Assembly: GCA_032718475.1 (NCBI GenBank)
Contig: JAUCBJ010007762.1
Span: 7,520 to 71,519, forward strand
Length of the DNA stretch: 64,000 nucleotides
Reading direction: 5' to 3'
From: Nemertoderma westbladi
Taxonomy: Eukaryota; Animalia; Xenacoelomorpha
The notes under the pieces: model-generated
Database searches by the model: none
Told to the model about the DNA's origin: nothing
What the model saw: only the letters and a program-made list of their open reading frames with translations
Shown: in pieces, positions 50,665-64,000 of the stretch
Position numbering within the stretch: position 1 is the first letter of the stretch
Layout: every line of letters starts with the position of its first letter
Position numbers and translations under genes: made by a program

Positions 50665-51934
50665 CTACCTACCATCAAAAACACTAGCTACCACAAAAAT
50701 TTAACATGTAATGAGTCCACAATATGTTCCAGAACATAAATCAATAGGCCTAACCAAAAACAGTCCAAAACAGCTATTAAAAAAAGCTTAATAATGGTGA
50801 CACGGGCTACACTAGTGCCTATATCATGAATCTGTTAATGACTGATCGGACAGTCAGAGAGTGAATTACTACTTAAATGAATTTCAGTTTTCTTTTGCAT
50901 AATGCATAAATCTGCATTTAGTTTTCTATGTTACCGGTACAGCTAGGCCTAATACATACTGTAGGATATCCTGAATGATGTTACGAATGAATAATGTTGA
51001 TGAGAAGGGCTACTTAAATTACTTTCAGTTTCCATATGTCTGCAGTTTGATTGAAGCCTAGGCCCACGGCCATTCAGTTTATTGCCTATTACGCACTGTT
51101 AGACCTGTAGGCCTACTATTGACTAGTTTTGGTCAAAAACAATTAGAACTACGGGTACCTGACTAACAGAAATAAACTTAATTGAATATTATAAAAGTAC
51201 CGGTACCGGAGGCCTACCGGTTGAATACCTATGTTTAACTAGTATATTAATATACAGTATAAACGCATACAGTTCTGGTAATTACCGGTATTATAAATCG
51301 ACATATCATGCGGATGAATATTTCGTCCTACATTTTCTGTAACTTTAAATCTAGAACTAACAGTCTCTGTGGTTCGCGAACCCATGTTATACTGTATGGA
51401 GATGAAAATCAAAAATATTTATAGGGAATTTATTGTTGTTTAATTACAAAAAATATAAATCGATATTTCACGCGGATGAATTTTTTCGTACTACATATTC
51501 TAACGCTAACAGGCAGTACTCAATAATGATTAAATTTGTTGCTACGGAAACTGTATAAAACCTCTAAGGAAATCTAAGGAATTGTGCTTTGTCAACCTGC
51601 ATGTAGATATAACTTGATCCACGTAAAGGACAATTTTAGAATCGAATTAGTGAGATTCAGGTTTGATTGATTCGTTGCTATAAGAATATTAAAAACGCAC
51701 AGGCTAAATTTAAATAAATACCCTGATTAATAAAAACATAGTTATTATGGCAATGGGAAACCTTTCTTAAGGTTGCACTTTGTATCTAAGAGGGTCCACT
51801 TCTCGTACTACAGTATGATAATGACAACTCTCCGAAAGTGCAAAGCGATCTCTGTTTATATTCGAAATGGAAATCAGATTACTCGACGCGTTGAAACCTT
51901 TCACGGACACAATAAAGTGCCACTGTGTAGTTGC

Positions 51935-52120
51935 TACACCTTGGTGTAGTGGCTTGGTGGCTAAATCCTTTGCCTTTAATTCTCATCGGAGGTCTTGGGT
52001 TCGATCCCTCATTGGGGTGCAGGGTAGTTTTGGTTTCGTCACAAATAATTTAAAGGGTCTAGCCACTAACCAGGGTGCATCTCTGCCTTGCATCCACTCA
52101 TAAATGACTATAATGTACCC
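51935..52120 (+). mobile_element. Possible tRNA-derived SINE head
   Basis: A-box-like TGGTGTAGTGG (51942) and B-box GGTTCGATCCC (51998). No clean cloverleaf. Confidence 0.45.
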
Positions 52121-52354
52121 GTTCCACTTCACAAGAGAAAGATATATCAATACTGTAATTTCAATTCTTAATTAATGAAATTTAACTATTGATAATAAAT
52201 TTATTATTTAATTAATTAATGTTAAGAATATACTATTTTAAATAACTTGGATCGTATATTACGTAGTCCAATTATTGCATAGCCTCTTTTAATTAAGCAT
52301 TTTTCACTGGGCGGCACATATTCATAATGCAAAGTAGGTTATGTAATGAAGGTC

Positions 52355-53057
52355 AAACTACTGAGAGAAGGAACAACTGAGGAACAGAGGTTAGGGCAGC
52401 GGTTAAACTAACTGCGGAACAAAGGTTAGGACAGCGGTTATACTAACTGATTAAACTAACTGTGGGACAACAGTTAGAAACCCGGTTAAACTAACTGATG
52501 AACAAAGGTTAGGACAGCGGTTAAACTAACTGTGGAACAAAGGTTATAAAACCGGTTAAACTAACTGATTAACAAAGGTTAGGACAGCGGTTAAACTAAT
52601 GATGGAACAAAGATTAGGACAGCGGTTAAACCAACTGTGGAACAAAGGTTATAAAACCGGTTAAACTAACTGATTAACAAAGGTTAGGACAGCGGTTAAA
52701 CTAATGATGGAACAAAGATTAGGACAGCGGTTAAACTAACTGTGGAACAAAGGTTAAGACAGCGTTTACGATGATTATGTACGATAATAATAATAATAAT
52801 AATACTAACTGATTAAACTAAATGTGGAACAAAGGTTAGAACACCGGTTAAACTAACTAATTAAAAGGGCTGCGGAACAAAGGTTAGGACACCGGTTAAA
52901 CAAACTAAGGAACAAAAGGTTAGGACAGCGGTTAAACTAACTAATTAAAAGGGCTGTGGAACAAAGGTTAGGACACCGGTTAAACAAACTAAGGAACAAA
53001 AGGTTAGGACAGCGGTTAAACTAACTGATTAAACTAAGTGTGGAACAAAGGTTAAGA
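52355..53057. repeat. ~33-bp minisatellite GGAACAAAGGTTAGGACAGCGGTTAAACTAACT
   Basis: Many diverged tandem units. Confidence 0.9.
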
Positions 53058-54614
53058 TATAAATTTACAGCGTATATTTATTTTTTTAAGTACCGGTACT
53101 GTAGCTGTAAGTTACATATACATAAAAGGTTAATTACAAAAATAAATAAACAAGTGTTCAAAATTATATACATATGAATTTAATTCATTTGATAAATTCA
53201 ATTTAATGATGATAATTTAATGATTTGATGAATTCATTTAATTTAATGCATTTAAATAAACATTAGGCACGTCATGATAAAAGTTATTATGTTAAAAAAT
53301 ATTTAGATAATATATAATTAGACATGCATTAGATGGTTACAATACTGTATACTGGGGGCGCGGCGCTCGTGGCATCTTCACTGATTTTCGAATTTTATGA
53401 ATAATGCGCTATTTAACTATTGATAATAAATTTATTATTTAATTAATTTTAATTAATTAATGTTAAGAATATAGTATTTGAAAAATTACAAAATAAATTT
53501 TATAGTGCCCCTTTTATTTAGACAATTTCCATATCATCAATATATTCTCGCAATTAATAAAAAGATAAATAAATCTAGTAATAAGTAAAAAAGGCCTAAA
53601 TAAGTAAAATAAGTAAAAACTCTATTTTGAAATCTGCCTATATTTTGTATAAAATATAAAAAACTAGCTAGTTAATAAATACTAGCTACTTTGACTATCA
53701 AATAAAAATTACTAGCTACACCATGACTCATAAATTAATCCATGCTAATATATAATTGAGAATTAAATTCCCGGTATATCTTACATTTACTAGCTAATAA
53801 ATAGTGCTAGCTAACACAAAATCAAAATTACTAGCTACCATCTTATTGTCAGAAGGTAAAATATTTGTTCTAGAAAAAAAAACCTCATGATAAAAGTAAT
53901 TTCATATCAAAAAATGGGTCAAAATTTGGGCGCCCACTACCTAGGGCGTAGTAATGCCGCAAAATCATTAGTAATAAAGTAAATAACCTTTTTTGTCGGC
54001 GTAACAAATGAGCGGGAACACAGCGGTAGATTCTTTTGTCATCTGGCGTTCCATTGATCAGCTACACTCCTTACTTTGTGTGTACCGGTACACATTGGAA
54101 CTACATCTCGTGAACTGCATCGGATAAGCAATATTAATTACTTAGTAAATGTAAAGACTAAATGGATAGTAAGAATCCCACTAAATGTGTGTAAATTTAT
54201 TCGTTATTCTATAAAACAGTACCAACCTTGTAGTTAATTCCATGTTATATGACACATAAACTCAGCATCACTTTAATTATTGGTACTAAAGCCACTAGAA
54301 TTGTATTATTTCAACTAATTGTGGTACCTTTTTTTTCAGAAACGGCCAAATTGCGACTTTCTTACAAGTGCGTTTACTGGTTTTTGGGAATCAACTATTC
54401 TAGAATACGGGGTTTCTAAGAAAACTAATAATACAGTAATATTAATTCCGACCAGCAAAGGAAATGCCACGTATATGTATTTTAATATATGTAAATGGCG
54501 GATGTTGAGGGTGGGTGGGGGGGGGGGGGGTTATAGTAAGGTTATAGTTTGTGTAAGTAAGTAACCATTTTAGTTACAAATTGAGGGAAAGGAGCAGGTT
54601 ACACCCTGCAAACC

Positions 54615-55478
54615 ACCCATGTTAATCTAACGTTGGGTTTATGTTAGACATTCGTTAAAAATGACAGTTACAATTTAACCATAAACCTACGTTAAAATAC
54701 GTTAGAATTCTGTAAATTTTTAACGTAAATTTTTTACTGTAATTATACGATAAAAATCAACAGAGATCTGACATTTACAAATTTTTTAACGTTGATTTAA
54801 CGTTAGTTTTTAACGATATGAAACAATATCAGTTAATATACAACATTAGTATTAGATTGCATACTAATTTATGCTTTATTGAAAGTGGTTTCCCAAGATT
54901 GCTTGATACCGTAGCTTGATATGCTAGCTTAGTTTTGGACTTAGCCTTAAATGCTTTAAATGGCACAAATTGATCTATACCAGACTTAAATATAGCGTTA
55001 AAATTGGACCAGTAGTCGTTTACAGTATTACAATTACTATACGCATCTTGAAAATTACAAGTATCCATAAACTGTGGAAAACCAGTGTAGTCTGCATTTT
55101 TAAAATCGTAAAAACCAACATTTACTTGTGATTCAGTTTGACAGGGCGATAAAATACTGAAGCAGACACTGGAATGATCGCTTGTTGAAAATCAAGATCT
55201 CGAAAATCACTATCAGCCACTATCTCGAGATCCTTGTACTCATCCTTCTCCGTAATCGAGTTTACCGGGACAGCCGCTATTTCCTTCTTTATCAGTAAAA
55301 CCACGCCACCACCAGTTGTAGTGGAACGATCTTTCCGATGAACATTAAACTTGTTTCCACCATTTATCATGCGATCCGAAAAACTTCCATTCATCCAGGT
55401 TTCAGTTATTCCTACGATGACGAATCCAGGTTTCAGTTATTCCTACGACGACTCCAGTTCTACTAACTTATTGTTACC
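54615..55478 (-). mobile_element. Dispersed repeat with CR1/Jockey-like APE fragment (copy 2)
   Basis: Near-identical to 23987-24854. Confidence 0.8.
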
Positions 55479-55558
55479 CAGCGATTGGGCATTAAAACAT
55501 GTGCAGCCTAAGAAGGGTTGATCGTGATTTTCTCCCCTCTTCAGTTTTCCTGGTTCAT

Positions 55559-56102
55559 AATGTTGTACATAAAGTTAGCGAACTGTGTGGATTACTGTGT
55601 GGATTACACACAGTTCGAGAAATTCATGCACAACATTTGTGGTCCGCAAATGTTGTACATAAAGTTAGCGAACTGTGTGGATTACTGTGTGGATTACACA
55701 CAGTTCGAGAAATTTATGCACAACATTTGTGGTCCGCAAATGTTGTACATAAAGTTAGCGAACTGTGTGGATTACTGTGTGGATTACACACAGTTCGATA
55801 AATTTATGCACAACATTTGTGGTCCGCAAATGTTGTACATAAAGTTAGCAAACTGTGTGGATTACTGTGTGGATTACACACAGTTCGAGAAATTTATGCA
55901 CAACATTTGTGGTCCGCAAATGTTGTACATAAAGTTAGCGAACTGTGTGGATTACTGTGTGGATTACACACAGTTCGAGAAATTTATGCACAACATTTGT
56001 GGTCCGCAAATGTTGTACATAAAGTTAGCGAACTGTGTGGATTACTGTGTGGATTACACACAGTTCGAGAAATTTATGCACAACATTTGTGGTCCGCAAA
56101 TG
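55559..56102. repeat. Six tandem 90-bp palindromic units
   Basis: Unit AAATGTTGTACATAAA-GTTAG-CGAACTGTGTG..CACACAGTTCG-AGAAA-TTTATGCACAACATTT-GTGGTCCGC; near-identical copies. Confidence 0.95.
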
Positions 56103-56218
56103 ACAAAAATTTCAGAAAAAGAGTTTCAAGTACAAATTCTTTATTGTAGTCCGGGTATTGTAAAACCGGTGTAGTGATAAGTCAATTCTTTAGTTCTGTT
56201 AGTTCTTTAGTTCGATTC

Positions 56219-56471
56219 TGGTTAACTAGTCTGGGACTTCGAGCACCACGTGAACAACTAAGTTGACTGGTTAACTAGTCTGGGACTTCAAGCCACAGAT
56301 GAACAACTAAGTTGACTGGTTAACTAGTCTGGGACTTCAAGCAGCACGTGAACAACTAAGCTGACTGGTTAACTAGTCTGGGACTTCAAGCCACACATGA
56401 ACAACTAAGCTGAGTGGTTAACTAGTCTGGGACTTCGAGCAGCACGTGAACAACTAAGCTGATTGGTTAAC
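56219..56471. repeat. 49-bp tandem repeat, ~5 units
   Basis: GGTTAACTAGTCTGGGACTTC(A/G)AGC..TGAACAACTAAG(C/T)TGA(C/G)T. Confidence 0.93.
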
Positions 56472-56707
56472 TGCTAAACTGACTACTACAGTAAGAAGTT
56501 TACATTATTAAGTCCACTGCCCTAGCTCCTTGACCTTTTAGTACGTACCAACGTACATACTGCAGCACACTGTGTACAGTTTGTAATGGAAATATGATAA
56601 TTCTGATTATATACAACAATGCCCCATGATTCCTGTGACAATGAGATAGGGCGTCCTACTACTACTACTATTAACTTTACTGAACCAGGTGTGTAACTTT
56701 ACTGAAC

Positions 56708-57849
56708 TACTACTACTACTACTAGGATCGGCATGCTGCATTGCAGCTGCATTTTTAAGAATGCTGTGCCGGCTTATCGACAAAATTGCACCGCTACAAC
56801 TCCCTATCACCCATGACATTTGCTAGATCATCCGCATCTTCAAGGCCAGTGTCCTTTAAGATGCGTCTCAAGAAAGTCATGGGCTGTCCACCATGCATAT
56901 TCACTCCATGCGGCTGCCAAAGTACAAGATTATGCACTGGTTGGTCCTCACGGCGAAAGCAATGTCCTGCAAAGCGGAGGCGATTTTGTTCTAGTGTCAA
57001 GCTTGGGGGAACCAATGAGACACCTCCAATGTTATATAGTGTCTGGTTGGAGATGTGTGCATTGAACTTGACACAATGAACCCGGCGTAGCATTCTTGTG
57101 AATGTGCCATCCTGAGATTTGGTGTCCTCAGCAGTTAGAGCCCAGCATGGACTCCCATAGAGGAGTACTGGAACTACTGCTGCTCTAAATAACCGGACCT
57201 TAAGTTTCCGATTAATTATCGGTGACTTCCAAATCCTGGAAAGCATATTCAAGGCTGCCCATGCCTTTCCCTTACGTATTCGAAGGTCCTCACCTGACTT
57301 CCGGATCCATGATCCCAGGTAACAGAAGTCGTCCACATGCTCAAGCATACCATCCTTTGAGCTTATGCTCATCCGATCAGGGACTTGCTGGGGACTTTCA
57401 AAGTTAACTAGTCAAAATTTTGGTCTTTCTGGAGTTAATAAAAAGACCAACACTAGAAGCAGCATGTTCTAATGAGCTGAGGAGCCGTTGGGCTCCCTCT
57501 AGTGATTCTGAGAGTACTCCTAAGTCATCAGCAAAGTCTAGATCAGTTGGGTGCTTGGCAGAATTTCCTCGACTTCTGGAGCCAGTAGGTGGAGTTATCA
57601 TCACCCCATCATCATTATGATGATCTAAGGACATGCGTAGAACATAGTTAACAACAATTATGAACAAGAATGGTGCAAGTGTGTCTCCCTGGAGGACGCC
57701 CCATAACACTTCAAATGGTTCTGTGTCACCGTCAACAGTAGACACAAATGTTGTCGAACCATCGTATACTTATCTGATTGCTGCAATAATTTCATCAGGT
57801 ATCCCATATAATGAAAGTATGCTGAACATACGTGAGCGAGAGACTGTGT
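56708..57849 (-). mobile_element. RTE-clade LINE, 3' half of RT and 3' end with (TAG)n tail (degenerate)
   Basis: GVLQGDTLAPFLF, DLDFADDL, VDDFCYLGSWI, KVRLFRAAVVPVLLYGS; frameshifts. Confidence 0.9.
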
Positions 57850-58407
57850 GACGATCACACGCCAGACGTCGGGTTAATGACGTCAGAAATAAGATGAAAA
57901 GCCTAATCTTGATTGTCTGGTATAAAGCGGCGTATGTGATGGTCTGTTGTTTGCTGGTTAAGCTGTTTAGTATTTCCCACAACGCACAATGATTCCATCA
58001 AATACAGTAAGACAGGCAGATAGGACAAAAGGAGAAAAGTAATAATTATCTGACTGACTGAAACCTTGTATATCTGTATAATAATGCAGTAATGCGAATA
58101 TACAGGGTGTCCCATAAAATTTGTTACTACTTTGAATTTATATAACTCCCACGTATGTTGGATAAAATATAAGTTTTTTATATCAATCAAAAGCCAATAT
58201 TCTAACTTAGATTTTGGTCTGTGTTTGGAATCACAACGTTGTCATGGAAACAAAATACAGCCAATTGAACTCAAAAGCCAGATTTTATACATTCGTAGGT
58301 GCATGTTCTAGTCTTTTGCGGGTATTTATTTTATGAGAAAGTTAGTGTTGCTATGGAAATAAGACTAGCTACCATTTTGGTTCACTCTTGTGTTTTAAGT
58401 TGGAACC

Positions 58408-60641
58408 ATGTTCTCTGGTGAAGAGAAAGTTTTTATTGTAAAAACGTATTTTGAAACTAAGTCGCCCAAACTGACAGCTAGTGCATTTGGACACAAATTT
58501 CCAAATCAGCGTCTTCCTAAAAACGCTGAAATTTTAAGATTCGTGAAAAAAATTTCATCTGAATTTGGTTTCACCAGAAAAAAGGGGTCAGGAAGACGCA
58601 TTCGTGTTTCCAGAGAAATCATTGAGGCCCATTTTATCCAGAATCCCAAGACATCACTGAGGCGGGCATCACTATCATTAAGCTACAGTCGTAGCAGTAT
58701 TCAAAGAGTTATTAAGAAACTCAAATTTAAATCTTACAAAATTCAGCTCCTCCATGCAATTCAACAAAACGACTACACCAGACGTGTCAATAATGCAGCC
58801 CAGATATTGAACTTTCTAGAATCTAAGGACTTATCCAAGGTATTCTTTAGTGATGAGTCTACCTTTCATGTCAATGGACAAGTAAATAGATGGAATTCTC
58901 GGATTTGGGGAAAGGAAAACCCACACTCAATCGCTGAAAAATCTCGCGACTCACCAAAGGTCACTGTATGGGCAGCTATGTCTCGCACACGATTAATTGG
59001 TCCATACTTTTTTGATACACCAACTGTCACAAGGGTTATATTGAAAAATATCGAGACATGAAAAATATCGAGAGTAAAAATAACGCGAGTAAAAACATCG
59101 AGTGTTGAAAAATTTATCGGGTTCAAAAAATTCGAGAGTAAAAATATCAGAAAAATATCGAGGTTACAGTGTTGAAAATTTTAAAAATATCGAGAGTAAA
59201 TTTTTGAAAATATCGTTATGAGTGTTGAAAAATATCGAGAGTAAAAATATCGAGTGTTGAAAAATATCGAGAGTAAAAATATCGAGTGTTGAAAAATATC
59301 GAGAGTGAAAATATCGAGTGTTGAAAAATATCGAGAGTAAAAATATCGAGTGTTGAAAAATATCGAGAGTAAAAATATCGAGTGTTGAAAAATATCGAGT
59401 GTTGAAAAATATCGAGTGTTGAAAAATATCGAGTGTTGAAAAATATCGAGAGTAAAAATATCGAGTGTTGAAAAAAATATAGAATGTTGAAAAATATCGA
59501 GAGTAAAAATATCGATAGTGACAATTTTTTTAAATAAGGGTTGTACAGTATGATAATTTTTTTTACTAAAAATGTTCTAGAACAACAATATTTATAAATA
59601 ATTGGTAGCTTATACGTACGTGTTCTAATATAATATTTAACAATATTTATAATATTTATCAAAATTTATAGCTAGCACTTCATTTATAATATTTATTAAC
59701 AAAATAGCAAAAACTAGCTAGTATAATAAATCTGGTAAATGGGTACCCAAGGTGTATATTACATAATGCCATTCACTTGCACTTGCACTGTTGTAACCCA
59801 TGCACTGCAATATTGTTCCACAATTCTAAATAAAATGCTCAAGCAAAATGCAATATTTTTACTCTCGATATTTTTCAACACTCGATATTTTTCAACACTC
59901 GATATTTTTACTCTCGATATTTTTACTCTCTATATTTTTCAACACTCGATATTTTTACTCTCGATATTTTCTCAACACTCGTATTTTTACTCTCGATATT
60001 TTTCAACACTCGATATTACCTTTACTCTCGATATTTTTCAATCAATACGTCGATATTTTTCAACACTCGATATTTTTTCGATATTTTTCACTCGATTATA
60101 ATTTTCAACACTCGATATTTTTAACACTCTATTTTCGACTCTCGCTTATTTTTACTCTCGATATTTTTATCACGTTATTTTCTCGACTACTCGATTAATT
60201 TTTCAAGTCTCGATATTTTTCACCATTACCGTCACAAGTGCCAGTTATTTAGATTTGATATCTTCATTTTTTGTTCCTCGGTTAGGAATCCATCATAGCG
60301 ATATTGTGTTCCAACAAGATGGTGCACCGCCACACTGGGGGCTTATCGTTAGGAATTATTTGGACTGTCATTTTAACGGACATTGGATTGGCAGAGATGG
60401 ACCAGTGCTGTGGCCACCACGCTCCCCGGACCTGACACCTTGCGATTTCTATTTATGGGGCCACATTAAGAACTTAGTTTATAGCCAACCGATTGAATCC
60501 TTGGCCCAACTTCGTCCTGCTATTACTGAAGCCTTCAACGGAATACCGAAAGCCCATCTTCAGAGATCCTTTGCAGAAATGATGAGTAGACTAGAAAAAG
60601 TGCAGGAAATAGGAGGTGGCCACGTAGAGATTTACAAATAG
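58408..60641 (+). pseudogene. DD41D transposase split by a foldback insertion (~342 aa when rejoined)
   Basis: 58408-59025 joined to 60231-60641 reads ...FFDTPT|VTSASYLDLISS... in frame without stops. Confidence 0.9.
59034..60230. mobile_element. Non-autonomous foldback element with repetitive inverted arms and 8-bp TSD (Merlin- or MULE-like)
   Basis: TSD GTCACAAG (59026-59033 / 60231-60238). Ends GGTTA.. / ..TTACC. Arms of AAAAATATCGAG(AGT/TGTTG) repeats in inverted orientation around an AT-rich centre. Confidence 0.9.
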
Positions 60642-62557
60642 ATACCGGTACAATAATAGCATTAAACTTCTAGTGTCTAATCAATCTAACTCTTAGATTC
60701 AATTACATTACAAGTACATTACAATTATTCCAGGTTTATTATATCGTCACAGGCATTATTTATTATTTAATGCTAGTGTGTGTAAGCATACATACAGTAT
60801 TGCATTGATTGTATACTTTATTTGTTTGTCAGATTAGTTAGTATGTTGAATATTGGCACAAAATAAATTGTAATAAAATAAATAACCAAAAATAAATACA
60901 CTTTATGACCAACGTTCCTCGAATTTTAACCTTTCATAACAAACAAGCAATATTCATGACCATGTATCGTCCAAATAGCGCATTACCTATTTAAACGGCC
61001 TCGAAGCTTCACTTACGAATGTATAAAATCTGGCTTTGGAATTCAATTGGCTGTATTTTGTTTCCATAACAACGTTGTGACTCCAAAACACGGACCAAAA
61101 TCTAAGTTAGAATATTGGCTTTAATTTGATATAAAAAACTTATATTTTATCCAACATACGTGGGAGTTATATAAATTCAAAGTAGTAACAAATTTTATGG
61201 GACACCCTGTATATCATATAGGTATGAAATTATGTACTGATGTATGTGTGGTACGAAAAATACTGGCGGCACTGCAGTAGTAACCTATCAACACGGTACA
61301 CTACTGGTTACCAGACAATACTGAAAACACTGAAGCTTGGTAGTATGCTTCAGATGTGGGAATAGCGTCGCTAGAGGGCGAGCGATTTCCACAGCCCCCT
61401 CTAGATTTCGTTGCCGAAATCTACGAAAGCAAAGAAAAATAAATAACATAAATACACCATTTCTTTAATAGAGGTTCATGTTACCAAAAAATAATAATTT
61501 CAAGAACCCTTAATAAGCCGAGAAAAAAAAAACGATCCACATATAAAAATGTGGACACTGCTCTAAGAGTTAATTTAATTTTACATTTAGAAAATGATAA
61601 AGTTATAGATAACAACTAAACAAAATTCAGTTGGTCCCGAGATTCTTCAGAATTTGGACCCATATCAGACTCAGATAAATGCAAGCAATAATCATACGAT
61701 TATACAATTGATCACAACGGACACGGATTTACATCACCACTTCGAGGGTTAACAGAGCCCCATTTAAGAAGGTTGCCCAGTTCATGGTTGGTAACAGCCA
61801 GTTTAATGTTGTTCTCCATAAATATGGCTCTATATCTACAACTTCCTGGGTTAACAGAGCCCCAATAAAGAGGTTGCCCAGTTGATGTCAGATACCAGCC
61901 CGGTTAATGGAATACTTCATAATTTAGGCTTCTTTACCCCTTACGGAATACCGCATGCCAAGAGTGAGATATAACAAAACATGTACCATTACACAAAACA
62001 TACAAACACATAAATTCCAAAGAAGATCTCGAGACAACCAACTATGTTCAGCAATCACCAGTATAACTCTCATAACCCCTGAAATGTGGGGCATTTTTTG
62101 ACTATTTTTTAATTGCTAACGTCATCTGACGTAAATCATGACGTAAATATCCGTCATTTATGCAATTTGAGGTATTATACCTACTAACTTACTTCTTTAT
62201 AAAAAATACACATATCTCATTTAATTAAATGAGATAAAAATAATTTTAAACTTTAGTAATCAGCAATCCCATCACTAATCAAACTAATAGCACAACTATC
62301 GTAATTACTAACTGCATGTGCCTTTGGTTAAAAAAAACCAAAACAAATTACATATTAAATAACTAATAATATATTGCCTCAATATAACAACCACTAAATT
62401 TAATAGATATATGCAATCATTAGTGTTTAAAATGTTATGAATTAGGGTGACCCTATAGTATGTATACAATCTGCAACCATTGCCTTATGGTGTATAAGAA
62501 CTCCTGGAACACTTCGAGACCTAAACTACGTTTAGTTTACTACGTTTAGTCGTTGAA

Positions 62558-64000
62558 GAAGTCAACAAAGATAACAGCCAGATGCCTGTCTTTCTTTTTT
62601 GATAATTCTTTAATTATCCTTCTAAGTGCCAAAATGGGCTCCATAGTCCCACGACCTTTACGGAACCCATTCTGATTTCCACGGAGCAGTCTCTCAATGG
62701 GATCCCTGATGCGATTTAATATAATTATATTGTATAGCTTTGCAGCAATCGAGATCAATGAGATTCCCCGAAAAGAACCTTAGAGTGTTAGGTTTCCCTT
62801 CTTGGGAACTGGCACCAACTTATTTGTTTTCATTTCTTGTGGGACTCTTGTTGTACGGTACATGTCTACTATGATGGGATAGATGAGCTTTAAACACTCA
62901 GGTATTTTAAAGACCTCAGGGGGAACACCATCTACTCCACTGGCACGATTGGTCTTAATGCTCTTTGCAGCAGCATTCACTTCTGCAAAGGAGATATCAC
63001 CAATGGGAATATCTGGGAGTACAGACTCCGACACTTTTACTTCTATAAAGTTTATCAGGCAATACCCTGTCATTATTGAGGAGCTATTCAAAGTGGGCTT
63101 TCCAACCATTGAGGCGATCGGCTGGTGATTCAGCCTTAACCTTGGTGGTTGGTTGGCTTTTTCGACCAGCAAGCAAGTTGATCGATCTCCATGCCTGGGA
63201 TGATTGCCTGCTGTCGTCAGCATCATTGATGGCATCAACCTGTTGGTTTATTAGCTCCTGTAAATTAACAGAGTACTGCCTGTTCAGGGACCTAGATGCA
63301 GCCTTAACTGCATTCTTGGCCGCTGTAGTCTGTTTGAGTCGGGACTCTTTCTGCGCCTTTTAGAGGTCATTTCGGCACTTCTGAATTTTGTTGTCAGTCC
63401 AGGGGGCCCGTTTCCTGTTTCGAGGGTATACAGGAACTGTTTCTGCAGCTGCTAACTTAACTGCCTCTGTGAAGGCAGTATAGCCCTCACAGTGATCTGC
63501 CGCCTCAGAGGCAAGAGCCTCATACCTGTTGCTCAGCTGTAGTGTGAAGCTGGATCTCACACTTGGCTGTTGCAACAGAGAGGACCAGTCATGCCGCGGC
63601 AAGGCAGATTTCGTTGTTCTGCTAGCACGCAGACTAAGTCTTACCTTGGCCACAATAAGGCGGTGATCACTAGAGAAGGGTCATAGTGTAAATGCATTAC
63701 AGTCTTGTATAGAGCTCCTGTATTTCCTACGAAACAGGATATGGTCTATCTGAGACTTGTGACCACTGGGTCCACTATGAGTCCATAGCTTTCCAGTTCG
63801 CTTCTTGAACTGGGTTCCAGCCGAAAACAATCCATTTCCAGAGATAAAATCCTGAAGATTGACGGAATTTAGGTTAACACTATTGCTATAGACCCAGGGC
63901 GATGTAGGTGATTGATGCAGAAAATGAAATTTTCCACCTCCTCTACAGGGGCAACACTAGTTGGAGAGTAGCACACAATCAGAACCACCTTAGGAAACTT
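62558..64000 (-). mobile_element. RTE-clade LINE, APE endonuclease and 5' half of RT (continues beyond window)
   Basis: QIDHIL..SDHRLIVAKVRL, ASGVDGVPPE, LVPVPKKG, QNGFRKGRGT, VIFVDF. Collinear with 56708-57849. Confidence 0.9.

Larger units (their letters stand above)
58103..61209 (+). mobile_element. Tc1/mariner-superfamily DNA transposon, DD41D (rosa/Visitor-type), ~200-bp TIRs, TA TSD
   Basis: TA|CAGGGTGTCCCATAAAATTTG... and ...CAAATTTTATGGGACACCCTG|TA. FSDES, QQDGAPPH, then 41 residues to PCDF. Confidence 0.93.

Noticed and set aside
51935-52020. Functional tRNA gene
   Set aside because: A/B boxes are present but there is no consistent acceptor or anticodon stem; treated as SINE-like.
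55499-56174. Repeat protein ORFs (218 aa etc.)
   Set aside because: Consequence of a 90-bp unit lacking stops in two frames; the palindromic structure explains the sequence better.
59216-60198. Phe/Ile-rich ORFs
   Set aside because: Translations of the foldback element's tandem repeats.

Overview
This is AT-rich, repeat-dominated eukaryotic (probably invertebrate) DNA with no recognisable host gene. (1) Positions 1-16.4 kb are a 56-bp satellite with higher-order repeats built from 56-bp, 35-bp deletion and 37-bp inversion units. (2) A 5'-truncated BEL/Pao LTR retrotransposon (16415-22675) carries, after its integrase, a large extra ORF with a WRN/EXD/Mut-7-like DEDDy 3'-5' exonuclease domain and three CCHC zinc knuckles. 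(3) A second, divergent, young BEL/Pao element (38606-50664; 1258-bp LTRs, CTACC TSD) has lost RT and the integrase core but keeps gag-protease and a homologous zinc-knuckle accessory ORF. It has no tRNA-type PBS; the 11 nt after its 5' LTR are instead complementary to a site inside the LTR, suggesting Tf1-like self-priming. (4) The rest includes degenerate BEL, THAP, CRE and CR1-like fragments, minisatellites and a 90-bp palindromic tandem array. (5) An RTE-type LINE is interrupted by a 4.7-kb insert that holds a DD41D Tc1/mariner, which is itself interrupted by a foldback element with an 8-bp TSD. All domain calls are by eye from motifs; no database searches were run.
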